From the NCBI GenBank assembly GCA_964016885.1, contig OZ024747.1, positions 70,246,001 to 70,310,000 of the forward strand: a DNA stretch of 64,000 nt, written 5' to 3'. The notes beneath the pieces are model-generated. The model did not search any database and was not told where the DNA came from. It worked only from the letters and a program-made list of their open reading frames with translations. Numbering within the stretch: position 1 is the first letter of the stretch; every line of letters begins with the position of its first letter. Origin of the DNA: Eledone cirrhosa (taxonomy: Eukaryota). Made by a program: the position numbers and the translations under genes. Positions 1 through 18,349 of this stretch are shown piece by piece.

Positions 1-3000
1 ACCATTATCAACATTATTAACATCACTACCACTATCTCCACTATCAGCACTATCAACATTATTAACATCACTACCACTATCAGCACTATCAGCACTATCA
101 ACATTATTAACATCACTACCACTATCAGCACTATCAGCACTATCAACATTATTAACATCACTACCACTATCAGCACTATCAACATTATTAACATCACTAC
201 CACTATCTCCACTATCAGCACTATCAATATTATTAACATCACTACCACTATCAGCACTATCAGCACTATCAACATTATTAACATCACTTCCACTATCAAC
301 ACTATCAGCACTATCAACATTATTAACATCACTAACACTATCACCACTATCAACACTATCAATATTATTAACATCACTACCACTATCAGCACTATCAACA
401 TTATTAACATCACTACCAATATCAGCACTATCAACACTATCAACATTATTAACATCACTACCACTATCACCACTATCAACACTATCAACATTATTAACAT
501 CACTACCACTATCACCACTATCAACACTATCAACATTATTAACATCACTACCACTATCAGCACTATCAACATTATTAACATCACTACCACTATCAGCACT
601 ATCAGCACTATCAACATTATTAACATCACTACCACTATCAACACTATCAACATTATTAACATCACTACCACTATCACCACTATCACCACTATCAACATTA
701 TTAACACCACTACCACTATCACCACTATCACCACTATCAGCACTATCAACATTATTAACATCACTACCACTATCACCACTATCAGCACTATCAACATTAT
801 TAACACCACTACCACTATCACCACTATCACCACTATCAGCACTATCAACATTATTAACATCACTACCACTATCACCACTATCAGCACTATCAACATTATT
901 AACATCACTACCACTATCACCACTATCAACACTATCAACATTATTAACATCACTACCACTATCACCACTATCAACACTATCAACATTATTAACACCACTA
1001 CCACTATCACCACTATCACCACTATCAACATTATTAACATCACTACCACTATCACCACTATCAACACTATCAACATTATTAACATCACTACCACTATCAC
1101 CACTATCAACATTATTAACATCACTACCACTATCACCACTATCAGCACTATCAACATTATTAACATCACTACCACTATCAGCACTATCAGCACTATCAAC
1201 ATTATTAACATCACTACCACTATCACCACTATCAACATTATTAACATCACTACCACTATCACCACTATCAGCACTATCAACATTATTAACATCACTACCA
1301 CTATCAGCACTATCAGCACTATCAACATTATTAACATCACTACCACTATCAACACTATCAACATTATTAACATCACTACCACTATCACCACTATCAGCAC
1401 TATCAACATTATTAACATCACTACCACTATCAGCACTATCAGCACTATCAACATTATTAACATCACTACCACTATCAACACTATCAACATTATTAACATC
1501 ACTACCACTATCACCACTATCAACACTATCAACATTATTAACATCACTACCACTATCACCACTATCAACACTATCAACATTATTAACATCACTACCACTA
1601 TCAGCACTATCAACACTATCAACATTATTAACATCACTACCACTATCACCACTATCAGCACTATCAACATTATTAACATCACTACCACTATCAACATTAT
1701 CAACATTATTAACATCACTACCACTATCAGCACTATCAACACTATCAACATTATTAACATCACTACCACTATCACCACTATCAGCACTATCAACATTATT
1801 AACATCACTACCACTATCAACACTATCAACACTATCAACATTATTAACACCACTACCACTATCACCATTATCAACATTATTAACATCACTACCACTATCT
1901 CCACTATCAGCACTATCAACATTATTAACATCACTACCACTATCAGCACTATCAGCACTATCAACATTATTAACATCACTACCACTATCAGCACTATCAG
2001 CACTATCAACATTATTAACATCACTACCACTATCAGCACTATCAACATTATTAACATCACTACCACTATCTCCACTATCAGCACTATCAACATTATTAAC
2101 ATCACTACCACTATCAGCACTATCAGCACTATCAACATTATTAACATCACTTCCACTATCAACACTATCAGCACTATCAACATTATTAAAATCACTACCA
2201 CTATCAGCACTATCAACATTATTAACATCACTACCACTATCAGCACTATCAACACTATCAACATTATTAACATCACTACCACTATCACCACTATCAGCAC
2301 TATCAACATTATTAACATCACTACCACTATCAACATTATCAACATTATTAACATCACTACCACTATTACCACTATCAGCACTATCAACATTATTAACATC
2401 ACTACCACTATCACCACTATCAGCACTATCAACATTATTAACATCACTACCACTATCAGCACTATCAACATTATTAACATCACTACCACTATCACCACTA
2501 TCAGCACTATCAACATTATTAACATCACTACCACTATCAACACTATCAACATTATTAACATCACTACCACTATCAGCACTATCAACACTATCAACATTAT
2601 TAACATCACTACCACTATCACCACTATCAGCACTATCAACATTATTAACATCACTACCACTATCAACACTATCAACATTATTAACATCACTACCACTATC
2701 AGCACTATCAGCACTATCAACATTATTAACATCACTACCACTATCAACACTATCAACATTATTAACATCACTACCACTATCACCACTATCAGCACTATCA
2801 ACATTATTAACATCACTACCACTATCAGCACTATCAGCACTATCAACATTATTAACATCACTACCACTATCAACACTATCAACATTATTAACATCACTAC
2901 CACTATCACCACTATCAGCACTATCAACATTATTAACATCACTACCACTATCAGCACTATCAACATTATTAACATCACTACCACTATCAGCACTATCAGC

Positions 3001-3050
3001 ACTATCAACATTATTAACATCACTACCACTATCAACACTATCAACATTAT

Positions 3051-6000
3051 TTACATCACTACCACTATCACCACTATCAGCACTATCAACATTATTAACA
3101 TCACTACCACTATCAGCACTATCAACATTATTAACACCACTACCACTATCACCACTATCAGCACTATCAACATTATTAACACCACTACCACTATCACCAC
3201 TATCACCACTATCACCACTATCAACATTATTAACATCACGACCACTATCACCACTATCAGCACTATCAACATTATTAACATCACTACCACTATCACCACT
3301 ATCAACACTATCAACATTATTAACATCACTACCACTATCACCACTATCAACACTATCAACATTATTAACATCACTACCACTATCAACACTATCAACATTA
3401 TTAACATCACTACCACTATCACCACTATCAACACTATCAACATTATTAACACCACTACCACTATCACCATTATCACCACTATCAACATTATTAACATCAC
3501 TACCACTATCAACACATCAACACCACTATCAACACTATCAACACTATCAACATTATTAACATCACTACCACTATCAACACTATCAACACTATCAACATTA
3601 TTAACATCACTACCACTATCAACACTATCAACATAATTAACATCACTACCACTATCACCACTATCAACACTATCAACATTATTAACATCACTACCACTAT
3701 CAACACTATCAACATTATTAACATCACTACCACTATCAGCACTATCAACATTATTAACATCACTACCACTATCAACATTATTAACATTATTAACATCACT
3801 ACTACTATCACCACTATCAACACTATCAACATTATTAACATCACTACCACTATCACCACTATCAACACTATCAACATTATTAACATCACTACCACTATCA
3901 GCACTATCAACACTATCAACATTATTAACATCACTACCACTATCACCACTATCAGCACTATCAACATTATTAACATCACTACCACTATCAACACTATCAA
4001 CATTATTAACATCACTACCACTATCAGCACTATCAACACTATCAACATTATTAACATCACTACCACTATCACCACTATCAGCACTATCAACATTATTAAC
4101 ATCACTACCACTATCAACACTATCAACATTATTAACATCACTACCACTATCAGCACTATCAGCACTATCAACATTATTAACATCACTACCACTATCAACA
4201 CTATCAACATTATTAACATCACTACCACTATCACCACTATCAGCACTATCAACATTATTAACATCACTACCACTATCAGCACTATCAACATTATTAACAT
4301 CACTACCACTATCAGCACTATCAGCACTATCAACATTATTAACATCACTACCACTATCAACACTATCAACATTATTAACATCACTACCACTATCACCACT
4401 ATCAGCACTATCAACATTATTAACATCACTACCACTATCAGCACTATCAACATTATTAACATCACTACCACTATCAGCACTATCAGCACTATCAACATTA
4501 TTAACATCACTACCACTATCAACACTATCAACATTATTTACATCACTACCACTATCACCACTATCAGCACTATCAACATTATTAACATCACTACCACTAT
4601 CAGCACTATCAACATTATTAACACCACTACCACTATCACCACTATCAGCACTATCAACATTATTAAAATCACTACCACTATCAGCACTATCAGCACTATC
4701 AACATTATTAACATCACTACCACTATCAACACTATCAACATTATTAACATCACTACCACTATCACCACTATCACCACTATCAACATTATTAACATCACTA
4801 CCACTATCACCACTATCAACATTATTAACATCACTACCACTATCACCACTATCAGCACTATCAACATTATTAACATCACTACCACTATCAACATTATTAA
4901 CATTATTAACATCACTACCACTATCAACATTATTAACATTATTAACATCACTACTACTATCACCACTATCAACACTATCAACATTATTAACATCACTACC
5001 ACTATCACCACTATCAGCACTATCAACATTATTAACATCACTACCACTATCACCATTATCACCACTATCAACATTATTAACACCACTACCACTATCACCA
5101 CTATCAACACTATCAACATTATTAACATCACTACCACTATCACCACTATCAACACTATCAACATTATTAACATCACTACCACTATCAACACTATCAACAT
5201 TATTAACATCACTACCACTATCAACACTATCAACATTATTAACATCACTACCACTATCACCACTATCAACATTATTAACATCACTACCACTATCAACACT
5301 ATCAACATTATTAACATCACTACCACTATCAACACTATCAACATTATTAACATCACTATCAACACTATCAACATTATTAACATCACTACCACTATCAACA
5401 CTATCAACATTATTAACACCACTACCACTATCACCACTATCAACACTATCAACATTATTAACACCACTACCACTATCACCACTATCACCACTATCAACAT
5501 TATTAACATCACTACCACTATCAACACATCAACACCACTATCAACACTATCAACACTATCAACATTATTAACACCACTACCACTATCACCACTATCACCA
5601 CTATCAACATTATTAACACCACTACCACTATCACCACTATCAACACTATCAACATTATTAACATCACTACCACTATCACCACTATCAACACTATCAACAT
5701 TATTAACACCACTACCACTATCACCACTATCACCACTATCAACATTATTAACACCACTACCACTATCACCACTATCAACACTATCAACATTATTAACATC
5801 ACTACCACTATCACCACTATCAACACTATCAACATTATTAACACCACTACCACTATCACCACTATCACCACTATCAACATTATTAACATCACTACCACTA
5901 TCAACACATCAACACCACTATCAACACTATCAACACTATCAACATTATTAACATCACTACCACTATCAACACTATCAACACTATCAACATTATTAACATC

Positions 6001-9000
6001 ACTACCACTATCAACACTATCAACATAATTAACATCACTACCACTATCACCACTATCAACACTATCAACATTATTAACATCACTACCACTATCAACACTA
6101 TCAACATTATTAACATCACTACCACTATCAGCACTATCAACATTATTAACATCACTACCACTATCAACATTATTAACATTATTAACATCACTACTACAAT
6201 CACCACTATCAACACTATCAACATTATTAACATCACTACCACTATCACCACTATCAACACTATCAACATTATTAACATCACTACCACTATCAGCACTATC
6301 AACACTATCAACATTATTAACATCACTACCACTATCACCACTATCAGCACTATCAACATTATTAACATCACTACCACTATCAACACTATCAACATTATTA
6401 ACATCACTACCACTATCAGCACTATCAGCACTATCAACATTATTAACATCACTACCACTATCAACACTATCAACATTATTAACATCACTACCACTATCAG
6501 CACTATCAGCACTATCAACATTATTAACATCACTACCACTATCAACACTATCAACATTATTAACATCACTACCACTATCAGCACTATCAGCACTATCAAC
6601 ATTATTAACATCACTACCACTATCAACACTATCAACATTATTAACATCACTACCACTATCAGCACTATCAACACTATCAACATTATTAACATCACTACCA
6701 CTATCACCACTATCAGCACTATCAACATTATTAACATCACTACCACTATCAACACTATCAACATTATTAACATCACTACCACTATCAGCACTATCAGCAC
6801 TATCAACATTATTAACATCACTACCACTATCAACACTATCAACATTATTAACATCACTACCACTATCACCACTATCAGCACTATCAACATTATTAACATC
6901 ACTACCACTATCAGCACTATCAGCACTATCAACATTATTAACATCACTACCACTATCAACACTATCAACATTATTAACATCACTACCACTATCACCACTA
7001 TCAGCACTATCAACATTATTAACATCACTACCACTATCAGCACTATCAACATTATTAACATCACTACCACTATCAGCACTATCAGCACTATCAACATTAT
7101 TAACATCACTACCACTATCAACACTATCAACATTATTTACATCACTACCACTATCACCACTATCAGCACTATCAACATTATTAACATCACTACCACTATC
7201 AGCACTATCAACATTATTAACACCACTACCACTATCACCACTATCAGCACTATCAACATTATTAACACCACTACCACTATCACCACTATCACCACTATCA
7301 CCACTATCAACATTATTAACATCACGACCACTATCACCACTATCAGCACTATCAACATTATTAACATCACTACCACTATCACCACTATCAACACTATCAA
7401 CATTATTAACATCACTACCACTATCACCACTATCAACACTATCAACATTATTAACATCACTACCACTATCAACACTATCAACATTATTAACATCACTACC
7501 ACTATCACCACTATCAACACTATCAACATTATTAACACCACTACCACTATCACCATTATCACCACTATCAACATTATTAACATCACTACCACTATCAACA
7601 CATCAACACCACTATCAACACTATCAACACTATCAACATTATTAACATCACTACCACTATCAACACTATCAACACTATCAACATTATTAACATCACTACC
7701 ACTATCAACACTATCAACATAATTAACATCACTACCACTATCACCACTATCAACACTATCAACATTATTAACATCACTACCACTATCAACACTATCAACA
7801 TTATTAACATCACTACCACTATCAGCACTATCAACATTATTAACATCACTACCACTATCAACATTATTAACATTATTAACATCACTACTACTATCACCAC
7901 TATCAACACTATCAACATTATTAACATCACTACCACTATCACCACTATCAACACTATCAACATTATTAACATCACTACCACTATCAGCACTATCAACACT
8001 ATCAACATTATTAACATCACTACCACTATCACCACTATCAGCACTATCAACATTATTAACATCACTACCACTATCAACACTATCAACATTATTAACATCA
8101 CTACCACTATCAGCACTATCAACACTATCAACATTATTAACATCACTACCACTATCACCACTATCAGCACTATCAACATTATTAACATCACTACCACTAT
8201 CAACACTATCAACATTATTAACATCACTACCACTATCAGCACTATCAGCACTATCAACATTATTAACATCACTACCACTATCAACACTATCAACATTATT
8301 AACATCACTACCACTATCACCACTATCAGCACTATCAACATTATTAACATCACTACCACTATCAGCACTATCAACATTATTAACATCACTACCACTATCA
8401 GCACTATCAGCACTATCAACATTATTAACATCACTACCACTATCAACACTATCAACATTATTAACATCACTACCACTATCACCACTATCAGCACTATCAA
8501 CATTATTAACATCACTACCACTATCAGCACTATCAACATTATTAACATCACTACCACTATCAGCACTATCAGCACTATCAACATTATTAACATCACTACC
8601 ACTATCAACACTATCAACATTATTAACATCACTACCACTATCAACACTATCAACATTATTAACATCACTACCACTATCACCACTATCAACACTATCAACA
8701 TTATTAACACCACTACCACTATCACCATTATCACCACTATCAACATTATTAACATCACTACCACTATCAACACATCAACACCACTATCAACACTATCAAC
8801 ACTATCAACATTATTAACATCACTACCACTATCAACACTATCAACACTATCAACATTATTAACATCACTACCACTATCAACACTATCAACATAATTAACA
8901 TCACTACCACTATCACCACTATCAACACTATCAACATTATTAACATCACTACCACTATCAACACTATCAACATTATTAACATCACTACCACTATCAGCAC

Positions 9001-11640
9001 TATCAACATTATTAACATCACTACCACTATCAACATTATTAACATTATTAACATCACTACTACTATCACCACTATCAACACTATCAACATTATTAACATC
9101 ACTACCACTATCACCACTATCAACACTATCAACATTATTAACATCACTACCACTATCAGCACTATCAACACTATCAACATTATTAACATCACTACCACTA
9201 TCACCACTATCAGCACTATCAACATTATTAACATCACTACCACTATCAACACTATCAACATTATTAACATCACTACCACTATCAGCACTATCAACACTAT
9301 CAACATTATTAACATCACTACCACTATCACCACTATCAGCACTATCAACATTATTAACATCACTACCACTATCAACACTATCAACATTATTAACATCACT
9401 ACCACTATCAGCACTATCAGCACTATCAACATTATTAACATCACTACCACTATCAACACTATCAACATTATTAACATCACTACCACTATCACCACTATCA
9501 GCACTATCAACATTATTAACATCACTACCACTATCAGCACTATCAACATTATTAACATCACTACCACTATCAGCACTATCAGCACTATCAACATTATTAA
9601 CATCACTACCACTATCAACACTATCAACATTATTAACATCACTACCACTATCACCACTATCAGCACTATCAACATTATTAACATCACTACCACTATCAGC
9701 ACTATCAACATTATTAACATCACTACCACTATCAGCACTATCAGCACTATCAACATTATTAACATCACTACCACTATCAACACTATCAACATTATTTACA
9801 TCACTACCACTATCACCACTATCAGCACTATCAACATTATTAACATCACTACGACTATCAGCACTATCAACATTATTAACACCACTACCACTATCACCAC
9901 TATCAGCACTATCAACATTATTAACACCACTACCACTATCACCACTATCAACATTATTAACATCACGACCACTATCACCACTATCAGCACTATCAACATT
10001 ATTAACATCACTACCACTATCACCACTATCAAAACTATCAACATTATTAACATCACTACCACTATCAGCACTATCAACATTATTAACATCACTACCACTA
10101 TCAGCACTTTCGACATTATTAACATCACTACCACTATCAACACTATCAACATTATTAACATCACTAACACTATCAGCACTATCAATATTATTAACATCAC
10201 TACCACTATCAACACTATCAACATTATTAACATCACTACCACTATCAGCACTATCAACATTATTAACATCACTACCACTATCACCACTATCAGCACTATC
10301 AACATTATTAACATCACTACCACTATCACCACTATCAGCACTATCAACATTATTAACATCACTACCACTATCACCACTATCAACATTATTAACATCACTA
10401 CCACTATCAACACATCAACACCACTATCAACACTATCAACACTATCAACATTATTAACATCACTACCACTATCAACACTATCAACACTATCAACATTATT
10501 AACATCACTACCACTATCAACACTATCAACATTATTAACATCACTACCACTATCACCACTATCAACACTATCAACATTATTAACATCACTACCACTATCA
10601 ACACTATCAACATTATTAACATCACTACCACTATCAGCACTATCATCATTATTAACATCACTACCACTATCAACATTGTTAACATTATTAACATCACTAC
10701 CACTATCACCACTATCAACACTATCAACATTGTTAACATCACTACCACTATCAGCACTATCAACACTATCAACATTATTAACATCACTACCACTATCACC
10801 ACTATGAACACTATCAACATTATTAACATCACTACCACTATCACCACTATCAACACTATCAACATTATTAACATCACTACCACTATCAGCACTATCAACA
10901 TTATTAACATCACTACCACTATCAGCACTATCAGCACTATCAACATTATTAACATCACTACCACTATCAACACTATCAACATTATTAACATCACTACCAC
11001 TATCACCACTATCACCACTATCAACATTATTAACACCACTACCACTATCACCACTATCACCACTATCAGCACTATCAACATTATTAACATCACTACCACT
11101 ATCACCACTATCAGCACTATCAACATTATTAACATCACTACCACTATCACCACTATCAACACTATCAACATTATTAACATCACTACCACTATCAACACTA
11201 TCAACATTATTAACATCACTACCACTATCAACACTATCAACATTATTAACATCACTACCACTATCACCACTATCAACATTATTAACATCACTACCACTAT
11301 CACCACTATCAACATTATTAACATCACTACCACTATCAACACGTCAACACCACTATCAACACTATCAACACTATCAACATTATTAACACCACTACCACTA
11401 TCACCACTATCACCACTATCAACATTATTAACACCACTACCACTATCACCACTATCAACACTATCAACATTATTAACACCACTACCACTATCACCACTAT
11501 CAACACTATCAACATTATTAACATCACTACCACTATCACCACTATCAACACTATCAACATTATTAACACCACTACCACTATCACCATTATCACCACTATC
11601 AACATTATTAACATCACTACCACTATCAACACATCAACAC
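3051..11640. repeat. Satellite sub-domain with ~0.3-4 kb internal duplications marked by an 11-bp out-of-phase junction (CACATCAACAC)
   Basis: Junction at ~3513, 5525, 5905, 7599, 8771, 10411, 11340 (variant CACGTCAACAC) and 11630. Identical ORF translations at 3051-3515 and 7137-7601 (offset 4086), and at 3509-4534 and 8767-9792 (offset 5258). Confidence 0.85.
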
Positions 11641-12199
11641 CACTATCAACACTATCAACACTATCAACATTATTAACATCACTACCACTATCAACACTAT
11701 CAACACTATCAACATTATTAACATCACTACCACTATCAACACTATCAACATAATTAACATCACTACCACTATCAGCACTATCAACATTTTTAACATCACT
11801 ACCACTATCAGCACTATCAACATTATTAACATCACTACCACTATCAGCACTATCAACATTTTTAACATCACTACCACTATCAACATTATTAACATTATTA
11901 ACATCACTACTACTATCAGCACTATCAACACTATCAACATTATTAACATCACTACCACTATCACCACTATCAACACTATCAACATTATTAACATCACTAC
12001 CACTATCAGCACTATCAACACTATCAACATTATTAACATCACTACCACTATCACCACTATCAGCACTATCAACATTATTAACATCACTACCACTATCAAC
12101 ATTATCAACATTATTAACATCACTACCACTATCAGCACTATCAACACTATCAACATTATTAACATCACTACCACTATCAACACTATCAACATTATTAAC

Positions 12200-15100
12200 A
12201 TCACTACCACTATCACCACTATCAGCACTATCAACATTATTAACATCACTACCACTATCAGCACTATCAACATTATTAACATCACTACCACTATCACCAC
12301 TATCAGCACTATCAACATTATTAACATCACTACCACTATCAACACTATCAACATTATTAACGTCACTACCACTATCAACACTATCAGCACTATCAACATT
12401 ATTAACATCACTACCACTATCACCACTATCAACACTATCAACATTATTAACACCACTACCACTATCACCATTATCAACATTATTAACATCACTACCACTA
12501 TCTCCACTATCAGCACTATCAACATTATTAACATCACTACCACTATCAGCACTATCAGCACTATCAACATTATTAACATCACTACCACTATCAGCACTAT
12601 CAGCACTATCAACATTATTAACATCACTACCACTATCAGCACTATCAACATTATTAACATCACTACCACTATCTCCACTATCAGCACTATCAATATTATT
12701 AACATCACTACCACTATCAGCACTATCAGCACTATCAACATTATTAACATCACTTCCACTATCAACACTATCAGCACTATCAACATTATTAACATCACTA
12801 ACACTATCACCACTATCAACACTATCAATATTATTAACATCACTACCACTATCAGCACTATCAACATTATTAACATCACTACCAATATCAGCACTATCAA
12901 CACTATCAACATTATTAACATCACTACCACTATCACCACTATCAACACTATCAACATTATTAACATCACTACCACTATCACCACTATCAACACTATCAAC
13001 ATTATTAACATCACTACCACTATCAGCACTATCAACATTATTAACATCACTACCACTATCAGCACTATCAGCACTATCAACATTATTAACATCACTACCA
13101 CTATCAACACTATCAACATTATTAACATCACTACCACTATCACCACTATCACCACTATCAACATTATTAACACCACTACCACTATCACCACTATCACCAC
13201 TATCAGCACTATCAACATTATTAACATCACTACCACTATCACCACTATCAGCACTATCAACATTATTAACACCACTACCACTATCACCACTATCACCACT
13301 ATCAGCACTATCAACATTATTAACATCACTACCACTATCACCACTATCAGCACTATCAACATTATTAACATCACTACCACTATCACCACTATCAACACTA
13401 TCAACATTATTAACATCACTACCACTATCACCACTATCAACACTATCAACATTATTAACACCACTACCACTATCACCACTATCACCACTATCAACATTAT
13501 TAACATCACTACCACTATCACCACTATCAACACTATCAACATTATTAACATCACTACCACTATCACCACTATCAACATTATTAACATCACTACCACTATC
13601 ACCACTATCAGCACTATCAACATTATTAACATCACTACCACTATCAGCACTATCAGCACTATCAACATTATTAACATCACTACCACTATCACCACTATCA
13701 ACATTATTAACATCACTACCACTATCACCACTATCAGCACTATCAACATTATTAACATCACTACCACTATCAGCACTATCAGCACTATCAACATTATTAA
13801 CATCACTACCACTATCAACACTATCAACATTATTAACATCACTACCACTATCACCACTATCAGCACTATCAACATTATTAACATCACTACCACTATCAGC
13901 ACTATCAGCACTATCAACATTATTAACATCACTACCACTATCAACACTATCAACATTATTAACATCACTACCACTATCACCACTATCAACACTATCAACA
14001 TTATTAACATCACTACCACTATCACCACTATCAACACTATCAACATTATTAACATCACTACCACTATCAGCACTATCAACACTATCAACATTATTAACAT
14101 CACTACCACTATCACCACTATCAGCACTATCAACATTATTAACATCACTACCACTATCAACATTATCAACATTATTAACATCACTACCACTATCAGCACT
14201 ATCAACACTATCAACATTATTAACATCACTACCACTATCACCACTATCAGCACTATCAACATTATTAACATCACTACCACTATCAACACTATCAACACTA
14301 TCAACATTATTAACACCACTACCACTATCACCATTATCAACATTATTAACATCACTACCACTATCTCCACTATCAGCACTATCAACATTATTAACATCAC
14401 TACCACTATCAGCACTATCAGCACTATCAACATTATTAACATCACTACCACTATCAGCACTATCAGCACTATCAACATTATTAACATCACTACCACTATC
14501 AGCACTATCAACATTATTAACATCACTACCACTATCTCCACTATCAGCACTATCAACATTATTAACATCACTACCACTATCAGCACTATCAGCACTATCA
14601 ACATTATTAACATCACTTCCACTATCAACACTATCAGCACTATCAACATTATTAAAATCACTACCACTATCAGCACTATCAACATTATTAACATCACTAC
14701 CACTATCAGCACTATCAACACTATCAACATTATTAACATCACTACCACTATCACCACTATCAGCACTATCAACATTATTAACATCACTACCACTATCAAC
14801 ATTATCAACATTATTAACATCACTACCACTATTACCACTATCAGCACTATCAACATTATTAACATCACTACCACTATCACCACTATCAGCACTATCAACA
14901 TTATTAACATCACTACCACTATCAGCACTATCAACATTATTAACATCACTACCACTATCACCACTATCAGCACTATCAACATTATTAACATCACTACCAC
15001 TATCAACACTATCAACATTATTAACGTCACTACCACTATCAAAACTATCAGCACTATCAACATTATTAACATCACTACCACTATCACCACTATCAACACT

Positions 15101-17350
15101 ATCAACATTATTAACACCACTACCACTATCACCATTATCAACATTATTAACATCACTACCACTATCTCCACTATCAGCACTATCAACATTATTAACATCA
15201 CTACCACTATCAGCACTATCAGCACTATCAACATTATTAACATCACTACCACTATCAGCACTATCAGCACTATCAACATTATTAACATCACTACCACTAT
15301 CAGCACTATCAACATTATTAACATCACTACCACTATCTCCACTATCAGCACTATCAATATTATTAACATCACTACCACTATCAGCACTATCAGCACTATC
15401 AACATTATTAACATCACTTCCACTATCAACACTATCAGCACTATCAACATTATTAACATCACTAACACTATCACCACTATCAACACTATCAATATTATTA
15501 ACATCACTACCACTATCAGCACTATCAACATTATTAACATCACTACCAATATCAGCACTATCAACACTATCAACATTATTAACATCACTACCACTATCAC
15601 CACTATCAACACTATCAACATTATTAACATCACTACCACTATCACCACTATCAACACTATCAACATTATTAACATCACTACCACTATCAGCACTATCAAC
15701 ATTATTAACATCACTACCACTATCAGCACTATCAGCACTATCAACATTATTAACATCACTACCACTATCAACACTATCAACATTATTAACATCACTACCA
15801 CTATCACCACTATCACCACTATCAACATTATTAACACCACTACCACTATCACCACTATCACCACTATCAGCACTATCAACATTATTAACATCACTACCAC
15901 TATCACCACTATCAGCACTATCAACATTATTAACACCACTACCACTATCACCACTATCACCACTATCAGCACTATCAACATTATTAACATCACTACCACT
16001 ATCACCACTATCAGCACTATCAACATTATTAACATCACTACCACTATCACCACTATCAACACTATCAACATTATTAACATCACTACCACTATCACCACTA
16101 TCAACACTATCAACATTATTAACACCACTACCACTATCACCACTATCACCACTATCAACATTATTAACATCACTACCACTATCACCACTATCAACACTAT
16201 CAACATTATTAACATCACTACCACTATCACCACTATCAACATTATTAACATCACTACCACTATCACCACTATCAGCACTATCAACATTATTAACATCACT
16301 ACCACTATCAGCACTATCAGCACTATCAACATTATTAACATCACTACCACTATCACCACTATCAACATTATTAACATCACTACCACTATCACCACTATCA
16401 GCACTATCAACATTATTAACATCACTACCACTATCAGCACTATCAGCACTATCAACATTATTAACATCACTACCACTATCAACACTATCAACATTATTAA
16501 CATCACTACCACTATCACCACTATCAGCACTATCAACATTATTAACATCACTACCACTATCAGCACTATCAGCACTATCAACATTATTAACATCACTACC
16601 ACTATCAACACTATCAACATTATTAACATCACTACCACTATCACCACTATCAACACTATCAACATTATTAACATCACTACCACTATCACCACTATCAACA
16701 CTATCAACATTATTAACATCACTACCACTATCAGCACTATCAACACTATCAACATTATTAACATCACTACCACTATCACCACTATCAGCACTATCAACAT
16801 TATTAACATCACTACCACTATCAACATTATCAACATTATTAACATCACTACCACTATCAGCACTATCAACACTATCAACATTATTAACATCACTACCACT
16901 ATCACCACTATCAGCACTATCAACATTATTAACATCACTACCACTATCAACACTATCAACACTATCAACATTATTAACACCACTACCACTATCACCATTA
17001 TCAACATTATTAACATCACTACCACTATCTCCACTATCAGCACTATCAACATTATTAACATCACTACCACTATCAGCACTATCAGCACTATCAACATTAT
17101 TAACATCACTACCACTATCAGCACTATCAGCACTATCAACATTATTAACATCACTACCACTATCAGCACTATCAACATTATTAACATCACTACCACTATC
17201 TCCACTATCAGCACTATCAACATTATTAACATCACTACCACTATCAGCACTATCAGCACTATCAACATTATTAACATCACTTCCACTATCAACACTATCA
17301 GCACTATCAACATTATTAAAATCACTACCACTATCAGCACTATCAACATT
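12200..17350. repeat. Higher-order tandem duplication, period 2664 bp (296 x 9); a third copy lies at 1-~2500. Boundaries approximate.
   Basis: Rare variants recur at a fixed offset: ACATCACTTC at 12747/15411 and 14610/17274, AACGTC at 12359/15023. The same ACATCACTTC markers occur at 281 and 2144 (offset 12,466). Confidence 0.9.
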
Positions 17351-18349
17351 ATTAACATCACTACCACTATTACCACTATCAGCACTATCAACATTATTAA
17401 CATCACTAACACTATCACCACTATCAACACTATCAATATTATTAACATCACTACCACTATCAGCACTATCAACATTATTAACATCACTACCACTATCACC
17501 ACTATCTCCACTATCAGCACTATCAACATTATTAACATCACTACCACTATCACCACTATCAGCAATATCAACATTATAAACATCACTACCACTATCACCA
17601 CTATCAGCACTATCAACATTATTAACATCACTACCACTATCACCACTATCAACATTATTAACATCACTACCACTATCAACACTATCAGCACTATCAACAT
17701 TATTAACATCACTACCACTATCACCACTATCAACACTATCAACATTATTAACATCACTACCACTATCACCACTATCAACACTATCAACATTATTAACATC
17801 ACTACCACTATCACCACTATCAACACTATCAACATTATTAACATCACTACCACTATCACCAATATCAGCACTATCAACATTATTAACATCACTACCACTA
17901 TCACCACTATCAACATTATTAACATCACTACCACTATCAACACTATCAACATTATTAACATCACTACCACTATCAGCACTATCAACATTATTAACATCAC
18001 TACCACTATCAGCACTATCAACACTATCAACATTATTAACATCACTACCACTATCACCACTATCAGCACTATCAACATAATTAACATCACTACCACTATC
18101 AACACTATCAACATTATTAACATCACTACCACTATCAGCACTATCAACACTATCCACATTATTAACATCACTACCAGTATCACCACTATCAGCACTATCA
18201 ACATTATTAACATCACTACCACTATCAGCACTATCAACATTATTAACATCACTACCACTATCACCACTATCAGCACTATCAACATTATTAACATCACTAC
18301 CACTATCAACACTATCAACATTATTAACGTCACTACCACTATCAGCACT

